Below, piece after piece: positions 1 to 9,272 of a stretch of 64,000 nucleotides of DNA. Every line of letters starts with the position of its first letter. Position 1 is the stretch's first letter. A program made the translations under genes and the position numbers. The DNA is from a phage: the NCBI GenBank assembly GCA_032986305.1, contig GCA_032986305.1_3672.1; one strand, given 5' to 3'. A model generated the notes under the pieces. That model was not told the origin of the DNA and made no database searches. It was given only the letters and a program-made list of their open reading frames with translations.

Positions 1-372
1 ACGATCCACAACCCTGTCTGGAACATCATGAATGCTTTTATTACCATGGCGGTTTTCAACCACGATCACGGTATAACTATACCCATGACTGATCGCCATG
101 TCAATATATTCTTGCACATATTTTTCTTTTGTAAACGTATTACTTACCACGATACGGTCGTATCCCATACGCATCATATCTTCTACGTTATCTTTGCACC
201 ATTTTGCTGCAAGTGTTACTTTACTTGCATCCCAGTTATAATTTCCATCATCGTCGTACCAGAACATGTCGTTCTCAAAATGTGGATACAGACCGTCTAA
301 AGATAGCGCATTTGCCAGTGTTGATTTGCCAGACCCTGGCAGACCACGCACGATATATAGCATTTTAGACAT
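1..372 (-). CDS. P-loop kinase, polynucleotide-kinase-like (3' end outside window)
   Basis: Minus-strand ORF starting ATG at 372 with RBS GGAGG; N-terminus MSKMLYIVRGLPGSGKSTLANAL has Walker A; divergent from RNA ligase. Confidence 0.55.
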   Translation of the reverse strand, partial: MSKMLYIVRGLPGSGKSTLANALSLDGLYPHFENDMFWYDDDGNYNWDASKVTLAAKWCKDNVEDMMRMGYDRIVVSNTFTKEKYVQEYIDMAISHGYSYTVIVVENRHGNKSIHDVPDRVVDR

Positions 373-472
373 AGTAATCCTCCGTTTTAATTTCAACGAT
401 AGTATACCTGACTGTTTTGTTAATTTCAAGTGTTGACACTAGGTTATTTGTGTGGCAGGATAGGCTGACAAA

Positions 473-1408
473 ATGACAAATGAGGAACGTATGATGAAGT
501 ATTTTAATGCAGATGACCTAGTAGACAAAGGTCTTGTAACCAGTCGGTATTATCCAGATCTTGGATTAAAGATCTATAAATATGCCAGAAAAGTATTCTA
601 CAACAATCTGTGGCATTTGTCTCCGCGTTTACTGGAGTGCCGAGGTATTGTTGTTGGCAATGAGGGGAATGTTGTGGCATGGCCTTTCACAAAAGTATTC
701 AACTTAGGAGAAAACTCCACCAACCTACCGGACAGTAAACTTGTTACTGCGGTAGAGAAAAAGAACGGATTCCTTGGTGTGGTATCATCTCATAAAGGTG
801 AACTATTGTTCTCAACAACCGGATCTCTTGATTCTCCATATTGTAACCTCACAAAGGAAACCATCCAAGAGCAATGTGGTAATTTAGATCTTATCAAGAA
901 GGTTATGGGCAATGAAAACATGACATTCATGTTTGAAATTTGTCACCCTTCAGATCCGCATATTGTTCAGGAAGATCATGGCGCATATTTGATAGGTTGC
1001 AGATATAATGATTCTGGAATAATGCTGCCAGAAGCAGCTTTAGATGGGATTGCCAAATACCTTGGCGCAAAACGTCCTCACACTGTGCGTGAAATTCCGT
1101 TCAGCTATGCAAAAGAATTGGCTGCAGAAACAAGAGGTGAAGGGTATATGATTCGTAAGCCTTACTACCCTTATGATCTGCAGCTGAAGATCAAGTCTCC
1201 ATACTATCTGGCACGGAAGGCCGTAATGAGGGGTAAAGCTTGGAAGATTTGGGATGATGATATCTTTAAACGTGTTGACGAAGAGTTTTACGGCATGGTA
1301 AACTTCATTCGTAGCAATTACACAGAAGATGTGTGGAACTGCCTACTGGAGCAGGAACGCAGGGAGATACTCGACCACTATTTCCACAACGAGGACTATA
1401 TGCAATGA
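473..1408 (+). CDS. RNA ligase (T4 Rnl1-like)
   Basis: 311 aa; LECRGIVV segment matches recalled T4 RnlA ALECRGIMF region. Confidence 0.7.
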   Translation: MTNEERMMKYFNADDLVDKGLVTSRYYPDLGLKIYKYARKVFYNNLWHLSPRLLECRGIVVGNEGNVVAWPFTKVFNLGENSTNLPDSKLVTAVEKKNGFLGVVSSHKGELLFSTTGSLDSPYCNLTKETIQEQCGNLDLIKKVMGNENMTFMFEICHPSDPHIVQEDHGAYLIGCRYNDSGIMLPEAALDGIAKYLGAKRPHTVREIPFSYAKELAAETRGEGYMIRKPYYPYDLQLKIKSPYYLARKAVMRGKAWKIWDDDIFKRVDEEFYGMVNFIRSNYTEDVWNCLLEQERREILDHYFHNEDYMQ

Positions 1409-1755
1409 AGAAGTTGATTGTGTGGCTGGATGATTTGAGAGATCCGTCAAATTATGGACTCCCAGACGCTGTTTGGCTGAAGAATTCCTCCGAGTTTATG
1501 GATTTTATTAACGATAATGGAAAGCTCTACAGACGCGTTTCTGAGTGGCATATGGACAACGACTTAGGAGAAGTATTCGAAGGATATGATTGCCTATCCA
1601 TGTTGGAGGAAAAATTTGTATTCGGTAAGCCTCCCGTGGTTGACAACGTGAAGATTTTCGTACATACTTCTAATCCATCAGCGGCTCGTAAATTCATGCT
1701 TGCAGCTGACTCGTTTAAAAAGTTTGGAATAGAGATTAAACAAAACATCTACTGA
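1405..1755 (+). CDS. hypothetical protein
   Basis: ATGA overlap with RNA ligase stop; 116 aa MKKLIVWLDDLRDP...; no family recognised. Confidence 0.5.
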   Translation: MKKLIVWLDDLRDPSNYGLPDAVWLKNSSEFMDFINDNGKLYRRVSEWHMDNDLGEVFEGYDCLSMLEEKFVFGKPPVVDNVKIFVHTSNPSAARKFMLAADSFKKFGIEIKQNIY

Positions 1756-1763
1756 GGACACTT

Positions 1764-2525
1764 ATGCGACGACTGATTATTATCTCCGGTGCTGGTTTGA
1801 GCGCTGAATCTGGTATTCCCACTTTCCGATCTGGTAGCACTGCAATGTGGGAGAATTTCAGCATCGATGAGGTGTGCAACATCCACACCTTTGCCAAGAA
1901 CTACTATAAGGTGCATGACTTTTACAATGCACGTCGTGTAGCTCTGGGCAGTGTTGATCCTAACCTTGCACATCTTCGGATCGCTGAGTGGTATTCCCGC
2001 TGGTCTGGTCGTGTGATCAACCTTACCACCAATGTAGATGATTTGCTGGAGCGTGCTGGTGTAAAACATGAAGATATTTTACATGTCCACGGGTATTTGC
2101 CTGAAATCACCTACGAAGATGCTGAAGGTAATGATGTAATTAAAAATATCGGATACACGGAGGTAGATACAGGTAAGTATACCTGGGTTAAGCCCAATGT
2201 AGTGTTCTTCGGTGAGGTTGCTCCTAAGTATACAGACATGTATGACCTGTTGACATCTCTCACAAGCAATGATATGGTGATCCTGGTAGGTTGTTCTAAC
2301 ACAGTTATTAATTTTAACTGGGAATTGTTTCCTGCTACTTGTAAAGGCACAAAACTGCTGATTGTAAACAAGTATGATTCGCAGAGTGCAGATGGAAGTG
2401 GCATTTCACGTAGCGACCTTTATCAATATGAGGATCGCGGGATCCCTGTATGGTTTAACGGTGCTGTTGACGCTTTCTCTGATAAAGTATTTATTGAAAC
2501 TGTAGAAAACTTTATGGAACTTTAA
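1764..2525 (+). CDS. Sir2-family NAD-dependent protein (sirtuin-like, zinc ribbon absent)
   Basis: GAGLSAESGIPTFR NAD-binding motif, TTNVDDLLERAG, catalytic HG (HVHGYL); no CxxC pairs where sirtuin Zn ribbon normally sits. Confidence 0.8.
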   Translation: MRRLIIISGAGLSAESGIPTFRSGSTAMWENFSIDEVCNIHTFAKNYYKVHDFYNARRVALGSVDPNLAHLRIAEWYSRWSGRVINLTTNVDDLLERAGVKHEDILHVHGYLPEITYEDAEGNDVIKNIGYTEVDTGKYTWVKPNVVFFGEVAPKYTDMYDLLTSLTSNDMVILVGCSNTVINFNWELFPATCKGTKLLIVNKYDSQSADGSGISRSDLYQYEDRGIPVWFNGAVDAFSDKVFIETVENFMEL

Positions 2526-2538
2526 AAGGAGACCTTTA

Positions 2539-3252
2539 ATGCTGAATACTAAACTGATCGACAACCTGGAAAAACTGTCTCAGCCTGAAAACTACCTTTG
2601 GTCTGCCAACTGGGTGGAAAACTGGAACCGTGTGGCAGCTAAGGTGAAAAAATCATACACACCATTCGAATTACAGCTTAGCTTCATTGAGGAAGAGTTC
2701 AATGAAGTTTTGGAAGAGCTGGAGAAAGGTGATGGTGGAGATCACTTGCTAAAAGAGGCCTGCGATCTTCATGTTGTCACAAGTTATGCCGCTTATCTTG
2801 TTAATGACAATCACGAAAAGTGGTCAAACCTGTTTGATAATCCACGAGGTATTAAGTTCAAGATTGGTGAGTTCTATGATACACTGATCGCTGCGAAAAA
2901 CACCTCTAAGCAAAGAGCGTCTGCTTACCGCTTAGCAGAGTTGTCAACAGCTTTGCTGTTCCAGCTTCGCGGAGATGTGTGCGGGATGATGCGTAAGGTT
3001 CTCAAATCGAATGACAGCAAGTTTGCACGGGTCAACCATCTACGGTATTCACACGGTGCCAGTGCAGATATGCCTGCTGAACAACTCATCGAGTTGGAGA
3101 TTAAAGATCTTGAGCGACGCTTTGATGGTCGATATGAAGGTTTTGTTGCTAAGGAAGAATTCTACAACGGTAATAAAGTTATCATATTCCTTGACAGTAA
3201 AGGTAAGATCATGAAGCCTTCAAGCTTCAAGGATGTAACAGGGTATATTTAA
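2539..3252 (+). CDS. MazG-like nucleotide pyrophosphohydrolase (putative)
   Basis: EEEFNEVLEELEKGDGGDHLLKEACDL resembles MazG E-x2-E ... E-x2-D motif. Confidence 0.5.
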   Translation: MLNTKLIDNLEKLSQPENYLWSANWVENWNRVAAKVKKSYTPFELQLSFIEEEFNEVLEELEKGDGGDHLLKEACDLHVVTSYAAYLVNDNHEKWSNLFDNPRGIKFKIGEFYDTLIAAKNTSKQRASAYRLAELSTALLFQLRGDVCGMMRKVLKSNDSKFARVNHLRYSHGASADMPAEQLIELEIKDLERRFDGRYEGFVAKEEFYNGNKVIIFLDSKGKIMKPSSFKDVTGYI

Positions 3253-3258
3253 CAACAT

Positions 3259-3285
3259 AGCCGGGATCACCCGGCTTTACTTGTT
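3259..3285 (+). terminator. intrinsic terminator
   Basis: AGCCGGG-atca-CCCGGCT hairpin followed by T-rich tail. Confidence 0.5.
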
Positions 3286-3624
3286 GTGGAAAGTATGCAA
3301 GTGAGGCAGATAGTTATGTACAAGCACTCTAGAGATCTTGAAAACGATGCTGTGTTTGGGGATCAGATGAAAGAGTTGGTTAAACTCATAGGCAGGATAG
3401 AGGATAAGTTTGACACTAAGATCTACATCGACAGCAAAGTATTCAACCACAAAATATGGACAAATCTGTGTGTTGGACTACATGGAGATAAAGATGTTGT
3501 AAATTTAGTTGTAATTAAGTTCATAGTGTGGCAGAATAAGACTATACGTTATTCCGATCCACACTTACTTGTTTATCCTATAAAAGACCTACTACAGAAA
3601 GAGGACTGCAATGCCGTTATTTAA
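3286..3624 (+). CDS. hypothetical protein
   Basis: 112 aa ORF, co-oriented. Confidence 0.4.
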   Translation: MESMQVRQIVMYKHSRDLENDAVFGDQMKELVKLIGRIEDKFDTKIYIDSKVFNHKIWTNLCVGLHGDKDVVNLVVIKFIVWQNKTIRYSDPHLLVYPIKDLLQKEDCNAVI

Positions 3625-3880
3625 TCTTGCTAAACCTGTAGAAGCCCACCAGTTTGACGGAAGCTCTTCATCAGTATCTGATCTGCAACGGTGGATTGAT
3701 ACAGGTGTGTTTACATCGTCACCTGTTCGGACCAGAGATCTTCGTCGCATGTGTGAGCTTGTCGAGCCTTTTGGTAACCTTGTCTTGTACCAAGGAGATT
3801 GGCTAGTTGACTTTATGGGAGACTGGTTGGTAATGAGTAAAGAAGAGATGTTTAAAATTTTTAAGGAAGAGGCCGAGTAA
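3611..3880 (+). CDS. hypothetical protein
   Basis: 89 aa ORF; stop overlaps ligase start (TAATG). Confidence 0.4.
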   Translation: MPLFNLAKPVEAHQFDGSSSSVSDLQRWIDTGVFTSSPVRTRDLRRMCELVEPFGNLVLYQGDWLVDFMGDWLVMSKEEMFKIFKEEAE

Positions 3881-5163
3881 TGCATCAAATCAAAACAACA
3901 CTGTACGCACTGAACAAAGATGGCAGCTACCAACAGTGGAAAGTATTCACTGATGGCGAAAAGGTTATCGTAGAGTTTGGCAAGCTTGACGGTAAATTGC
4001 AGTACAAAGAGACGGTATGCACACCTAAGAACGTAGGTCGTGCCAATGAGACTACAGCTGAGCAACAGGCCGAGCTTGAGGCTATCAGCAAGTGGGAAAA
4101 ACAAGTCCGTCTGGGGTATGTTGAAAACATGGAAGATTGCGAGCAGGGTGTTGATCTTTTACCCATGCTGGTGCATGACTACCTGAAGCGTGGCAAGGCA
4201 CTTAAACTACCTTGCTGGATCTTGCGTAAGTTAGATGGCCTTCGTCTGCTTGTTGTTTTCCAAAATGGTGAGCCTAAATTTATTTCCCGTGGTAATAAGT
4301 CCTACCCTATTCAAGGAAAGCTTTTAGAGCAACTTCGTTCTTTCCATTCTACCACTGGGATTAAACAACTTGATGGGGAACTATACATTCATGGTCTTCC
4401 TTTGCAGAAAATAGTGTCTCTTGCTAAACGGTGGCGAACACAGGAAGAGATTCAGGCCGAGATCGATAAAGACTATGAGGCAGATAAAAAACGCCGTCAT
4501 ACCGCAATTAAGGCAGGCTTATCAACATACAAAAACTTCAACAAGGTAGATATTCCTGTCGATGTTGAGCCTGTTCGTGATGATTTGCGTTACGGTGGGT
4601 ACTGTAGCTACGATCTTGAGTATCACATTTTTGATATTCCTAGCGACAAGGTGTGGTGGGATCCAGAAACAGAGTCTGGACGCTGCAAGGATCTTATGGA
4701 TGCAGAGGATACCGTTACCACTCTGATGCTTGACCATATCAAGGTTGTTGACGCAGAGCTTGCGTACACAGTTGATCATTGCGAAGAATCTGTTGGTATA
4801 TTCATGTCCGAAGGATATGAAGGTACTATCATGCGTAATTTCTGCGGTAAATATGAGTATGGTCAGAGAACATCTGAAGCATTGAAATGGAAAAAGTTCA
4901 ACGACGCAGAGGTGAAAGTTATTGACGTTGAGAAAGATAAGAATGATGAAGGTGTTCTTATCTGTGTTGACAAGGAAGGTGTTGTTGTTAAAATGAAGAT
5001 GAAAGGCACGCACGAGGAGCGTAGCTATGACAGGATGCAGGAAATGATCGGCAAGTTTGTCACCTTCAAATATCAAGCAAGGACAGAAGACAACAACTAC
5101 CAATTCCCTGTCGGTATCTGCGTCCGAAATGTTAACCCAGACACTTGGGAGGTGCTGGAATAA
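3880..5163 (+). CDS. ATP-dependent DNA ligase
   Basis: 427 aa; nucleotidyltransferase motif I KLDGLR; EGTIMRN motif; resembles recalled T7 gp1.3 layout. Confidence 0.7.
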   Translation: MHQIKTTLYALNKDGSYQQWKVFTDGEKVIVEFGKLDGKLQYKETVCTPKNVGRANETTAEQQAELEAISKWEKQVRLGYVENMEDCEQGVDLLPMLVHDYLKRGKALKLPCWILRKLDGLRLLVVFQNGEPKFISRGNKSYPIQGKLLEQLRSFHSTTGIKQLDGELYIHGLPLQKIVSLAKRWRTQEEIQAEIDKDYEADKKRRHTAIKAGLSTYKNFNKVDIPVDVEPVRDDLRYGGYCSYDLEYHIFDIPSDKVWWDPETESGRCKDLMDAEDTVTTLMLDHIKVVDAELAYTVDHCEESVGIFMSEGYEGTIMRNFCGKYEYGQRTSEALKWKKFNDAEVKVIDVEKDKNDEGVLICVDKEGVVVKMKMKGTHEERSYDRMQEMIGKFVTFKYQARTEDNNYQFPVGICVRNVNPDTWEVLE

Positions 5164-5316
5164 TTTAGGTATGCTTAGTAGATAACGGTAGCCAATTGAA
5201 TAAGTGTTTTCAATTTGCACCTACATATACCCTGATGTATGCACTGTGCAACCTAGCCACACCACACAGTGGTGCTGATCGGGGCCTCGTTATGAGTGAA
5301 CTGGAGAGTATGAAAA

Positions 5317-5787
5317 ATGAAACTTGATAAAAATGTTCAACGAAAAGCTTTCTTGGATATGATCGCATATTCGGAAGGCACAGATAATGGTAGACAACCA
5401 ACTAAGGATCGGGGATACGATGTCATAGTTGGTGGCAAGCTGTTTAGCGATTACAGCAAGCATCCAGGTGTGTACGTTAAGCTAAATGCTAAACTTACCT
5501 CCTCCGCTGCTGGGCGTTACCAGGTTTTGGAGAAGTTTGCTAAACACTACATGGAACAGTTAGGATTGCCAGATTTTGGCCCTGCCAGTCAGGACAAGAT
5601 TGCGTTGCAACTGATCCGTGAGTGCAAGGCTCTCTCCGACATTGACGAAGGGCGTATCCACGAGGCTATCCATAAATGCCGTTCCCGCTGGGCTTCGTTA
5701 CCTGGTGCTGGATATGGTCAGCATGAACAGAAGATCGAGAAGTTGATCGAGGTGTTTAAAAAGGCAGGCGGTGTTGTCCTTGATTGA
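5317..5787 (+). CDS. endolysin, lambda R-type lytic transglycosylase
   Basis: QRKAFLDMIAYSEGTDNGRQ...GYDVIVGG...RWASLPGAGYGQ closely matches recalled lambda R. Confidence 0.85.
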   Translation: MKLDKNVQRKAFLDMIAYSEGTDNGRQPTKDRGYDVIVGGKLFSDYSKHPGVYVKLNAKLTSSAAGRYQVLEKFAKHYMEQLGLPDFGPASQDKIALQLIRECKALSDIDEGRIHEAIHKCRSRWASLPGAGYGQHEQKIEKLIEVFKKAGGVVLD

Positions 5788-5850
5788 TCATTGACATAAC
5801 CACACGGACGTGGTATTGTTACCTCATAAAATGTTTAGCAGGGTTTAACC

Positions 5851-6057
5851 ATGAAAGATTTTCTGTTGGCAATTTTGTTCATGGCAGCATGTCTGGCCTG
5901 TGGTGTCGTGTTTGCAGGTGAAACAGCGTATCTTGTCGATGTATATCGGGACAATGGTAAACGTATTTGCCTTTATGAGACAAGTCAAGGTGAGCTCTAC
6001 GAGCTTGTGAAACAAGGCGAGGCTGGATCTTGTCCTCGCACCCATTTCTTTGAATGA
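5851..6057 (+). CDS. small secreted or lipoprotein (possible spanin-like)
   Basis: 68 aa; hydrophobic N-terminus with lipobox-like LAC; immediately downstream of endolysin. Confidence 0.4.
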   Translation: MKDFLLAILFMAACLACGVVFAGETAYLVDVYRDNGKRICLYETSQGELYELVKQGEAGSCPRTHFFE

Positions 6058-6066
6058 GGAGAATAC

Positions 6067-6531
6067 GTGGAAGACGGACGTTTAATGAAGTCTGAACGCA
6101 GGCTTATTGTGCAACTGATCCCAGAAACAGCTTGGTATAATAACCTCCGAAACGCTGTGAAGAAGAGTGAGTGGGATAAGATCCGTAAGAAGTGCTACAG
6201 AGAAGCCAACTACACTTGTGAGGTGTGCGGAGGCAAAGGCAGCAAACACCCTGTGGAGTGTCATGAACTTTACACTTTCGAAGAGGGAGTGATCCGGCTT
6301 GTCGGACTGATAGCGTTGTGCCCGGATTGTCACACATCGGTGCATCCTGGGTTAGCAAATATCCGTGGGAAGTATGCTCAGGCAGTTAGTCAGTTAGCTA
6401 AGGTGAATAAGATCACCAAGGGTATGGCGGAGGCCTATTACCGAGACTGCTTTGCAGAGTGGCGTGAGCTTAGTAAAGTTCCAGAATGGAAGACTGACTT
6501 TTCGTGGATAGAGGGTTACCTTGATGGCTAA
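6067..6531 (+). CDS. HNH-like nuclease domain protein (putative)
   Basis: CEVCGG...H...CPDCH metal-finger pattern; GTG start at 6067 or ATG at 6085. Confidence 0.4.
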   Translation: MEDGRLMKSERRLIVQLIPETAWYNNLRNAVKKSEWDKIRKKCYREANYTCEVCGGKGSKHPVECHELYTFEEGVIRLVGLIALCPDCHTSVHPGLANIRGKYAQAVSQLAKVNKITKGMAEAYYRDCFAEWRELSKVPEWKTDFSWIEGYLDG

Positions 6532-6814
6532 GAAACCTGTAAAAGAGAAATTTGATAAGACAGCTTTTGTATTCGATACACCTTTGGACGATATCATCAG
6601 AGGTATGCAAGACTTGTATCGGAAGGCTGAATCTGAGCAGCTGTCAGAATCAGAGCTTTACTGGTTGGGTTGGTGGGAGCTTAATCTACCTAAAGCTGAA
6701 AGATCTGATCTAAAAACCGTTAAAACGTGTGCCCAAGAAAATGCTGCACTTGGAATTTACCACAAAAGAAAAAGATCAACAAAAAGCTCTCCAAGAAAGA
6801 CTAAAAAGTCTTGA
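6521..6814 (+). CDS. hypothetical protein
   Basis: 97 aa ORF, basic C-terminus. Confidence 0.4.
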   Translation: MMAKKPVKEKFDKTAFVFDTPLDDIIRGMQDLYRKAESEQLSESELYWLGWWELNLPKAERSDLKTVKTCAQENAALGIYHKRKRSTKSSPRKTKKS

Positions 6815-6840
6815 CAAATGAGTCTCTGATCTGATATTAT
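6811..6840 (+). promoter_or_regulatory. sigma70-like promoter
   Basis: TTGACA - 18 nt - TATTAT. Confidence 0.4.
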
Positions 6841-6873
6841 CAGTTAACTATTTATTAACTAGGAGAACTAGGT

Positions 6874-7182
6874 ATGCTTAAAATTTTTATTGTTGAAGAT
6901 AAAGATATCGTCCAGTTGTATGCAAATGAGAATCACAAAGGTATGATTCTGAAGAAGGCAAAAAACCTTCATGAAAACACAATTCAACCGGGTGATGTAA
7001 TTAAGATCTGTGGTTATATGATACCAGACTCCTTGATGAAAATAACCCACCACTGGGGGTCTAATCCGTTCCTTTTTGAAAAGTATTGGGATGTTGAGTC
7101 ACTTATTGCAGAGAGTGATGATGCATTTCATTACAGCATCCAACCATCTTGCAGAATAACTAACAGGAGGGGCTTTGAGTAG
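6874..7182 (+). CDS. hypothetical protein
   Basis: 102 aa ORF with RBS AGGAGAA. Confidence 0.45.
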   Translation: MLKIFIVEDKDIVQLYANENHKGMILKKAKNLHENTIQPGDVIKICGYMIPDSLMKITHHWGSNPFLFEKYWDVESLIAESDDAFHYSIQPSCRITNRRGFE

Positions 7183-8314
7183 AGAATATCCACTTATTGA
7201 ATCTGTAGATTGTCTTGCTGATCTTCTCGAACCTGACGCTATAGTTTATTATGACTTCGACCAGGTTGCATATCAAGCTGCGGCAAGTTGTGAAAAAAGG
7301 ACAATTGAGGTAACACACAAAGCCTCCGGACGCAAGAAGATGTTTAAAACACGAACAGAGTTCTGGGGGCGGCAGAAAAACACCGTTGGTGGTTGGTTAA
7401 AAGCTGAGAATACCAACCGTGAAGCCGCATGTAAAAAGGCTGGAAAGGAGTTTATTCCGTGGACACGCGAAGATTTCGATGTCTTGGATATCCAAACCCC
7501 TGATCCTGTAGAGAACTGCTTACACACAATTAAGTGTAAAGCTAATGCAGTTCTTAACTATCTTGGTATTCCGGAAGAGCGATGTGTCGGGGTGTTGGGA
7601 GGCACAGGTAACTTCAGACTAGATCTTCCAATGCCGGAAAGATACAAAGCCAACCGTAACAATACTCTTCGACCACTGCTGCTTGGAGATGCAAGACAGT
7701 ATCTCCAAAAGCAGTATAATGCTCAAGTGATCAACGGTATCGAGGCTGACGACTGGTTAGCTATCCAGCAATTTGAAGGTTGGAACCACTACCAAAAAAC
7801 AGGAAAGTTCAACAAGTTTATTATCTCTATTGATAAGGACCAAAGAACACTACCGGGGCTTGTGTTCGATCCTATGCGAAACGATAAGGGAGATTTTGTA
7901 AGGGAAACCCCTATGCTGATCGATAACGGTATGGGGAACATCTTCATGAAGCCTAATGGAGAGGTTGGTGGTTACGGAATGCTGTTCTTCGGATACCAAA
8001 TGCTGTGTGGTGACTCTGCTGACAATATCAAGCCGTATCAAGGACTTATCGGTAAGGGTAAGTTCGGGGATGCCTCAGCATTCTACCTACTGTCTCAGTG
8101 CAGCACTCCAAAGGAGATGTGGGTGGCTATTATTGATCAGTACAAGAAGTGGTTCCCGAAAGGTGTTGTTAAGTACACTGATTTCAATGGTATTGATCGT
8201 AGAATTTCCGTAGGTCAATGGATGAGTATAATTTTTGACTGTTTGTATATGAAGCGAACATTCAATGATCAGACAAAACTTGTTAACGTTCTTAGAAATG
8301 TTGGAGCAATTTGA
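7175..8314 (+). CDS. 5'-3' exonuclease / flap endonuclease
   Basis: IEADD and GDSADNIKP motifs typical of FEN/Pol I 5' nuclease family. Confidence 0.7.
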   Translation: MSREYPLIESVDCLADLLEPDAIVYYDFDQVAYQAAASCEKRTIEVTHKASGRKKMFKTRTEFWGRQKNTVGGWLKAENTNREAACKKAGKEFIPWTREDFDVLDIQTPDPVENCLHTIKCKANAVLNYLGIPEERCVGVLGGTGNFRLDLPMPERYKANRNNTLRPLLLGDARQYLQKQYNAQVINGIEADDWLAIQQFEGWNHYQKTGKFNKFIISIDKDQRTLPGLVFDPMRNDKGDFVRETPMLIDNGMGNIFMKPNGEVGGYGMLFFGYQMLCGDSADNIKPYQGLIGKGKFGDASAFYLLSQCSTPKEMWVAIIDQYKKWFPKGVVKYTDFNGIDRRISVGQWMSIIFDCLYMKRTFNDQTKLVNVLRNVGAI

Positions 8315-8646
8315 TGACTAAAAATTCTGTAGATAGTGCAATTATGGAAGCTGTTTTTGAGGATGATCATACAACAGGGACCATTAAAACAAAAAATACA
8401 TTTATTGTTGCCACAGGTATGTGGCGGTTGTATGAAGATGACACTATTGCATACATCTTGTATACTGATGATTACGCAGATGATCGTGTATGGTCTGCTG
8501 TTTTAAAAGAGGATTGTGAGCTGATTGAGGGCGAGCGGTTATGCATGTTCACCAGTGTGGAAACAGATGTTAAGCTTTGCTCTCTCGTCTTGTTCAAAGA
8601 TAAGGCTTATGCTCCTGATGAAGGAGAGGAGGATGAGGAAGCATGA
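8311..8646 (+). CDS. hypothetical acidic protein
   Basis: 111 aa, ATGA overlap with upstream gene. Confidence 0.45.
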   Translation: MMTKNSVDSAIMEAVFEDDHTTGTIKTKNTFIVATGMWRLYEDDTIAYILYTDDYADDRVWSAVLKEDCELIEGERLCMFTSVETDVKLCSLVLFKDKAYAPDEGEEDEEA

Positions 8647-9272
8647 GAGAGCGCCTATTATCCATAGACCAGTCGTTGACACACACAGCTTGCGTTGTAT
8701 GGGACGATGGAAAGCCTGTTCATAAGGTTGTGTTACGAACTCAAAGCTCATCTGCAAAAGAGAAGAAACCAGGGACGGTTTCTTTTGCAACAGCTGCTGA
8801 GCGTATTGACTGGATCTGCAAACAGGTCAGATATTATATCCACACGCACGGAGTTGACACCGTGGTTATGGAAGGGCTTTCCTTTGGATCACGCGGAGAT
8901 GCCACACGTGAACTGGCCGGGTTGTTTTACGGTCTTGAAATTATGCTTTGGGATGCCTTAGCTGATTGTGAAAATGACGGCCTGTTTAAGGTCCACACAG
9001 TGACACCAACAACTGCCAAAAAGTTTGCTCGCAGTCATCTTCCTGAAGAACTTGCTTTTGAGGAGAAGAAAAAGCTTGACAAAAAGACAGGTAAAGAGCA
9101 TACTGTGAAGAAACCTGTTACAATGGATAAAAAGTTGATGGTTAAGGCCTGCGAAGTATCTGAACCGGGGTTCCTAGACGGGATCAATTTGGTACAAGGT
9201 AAGGCCGATCTCGCAGATGCTTATTGGATAGGCAGGGCTCATCTGGAGGGATTATCGCAAAGCGTAAAATAA
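8643..9272 (+). CDS. RuvC-like Holliday junction resolvase (putative)
   Basis: N-terminal LSIDQSLTHTACVV and VVMEGLSFGSRGDA resemble RNase H-fold resolvase acidic motifs. Confidence 0.5.
   Translation: MRERLLSIDQSLTHTACVVWDDGKPVHKVVLRTQSSSAKEKKPGTVSFATAAERIDWICKQVRYYIHTHGVDTVVMEGLSFGSRGDATRELAGLFYGLEIMLWDALADCENDGLFKVHTVTPTTAKKFARSHLPEELAFEEKKKLDKKTGKEHTVKKPVTMDKKLMVKACEVSEPGFLDGINLVQGKADLADAYWIGRAHLEGLSQSVK

Noticed and set aside
28-300. ORF-track CDS on + strand (90 aa)
   Set aside because: Lies antisense within the better-supported minus-strand P-loop kinase gene that has RBS and Walker A motif.
1527-2404. Several minus-strand ORFs (1527..1748, 1749..2069, 1922..2110, 2111..2404)
   Set aside because: All lie antisense inside the Sir2 and neighbouring genes, which have strong motif support; no RBS.
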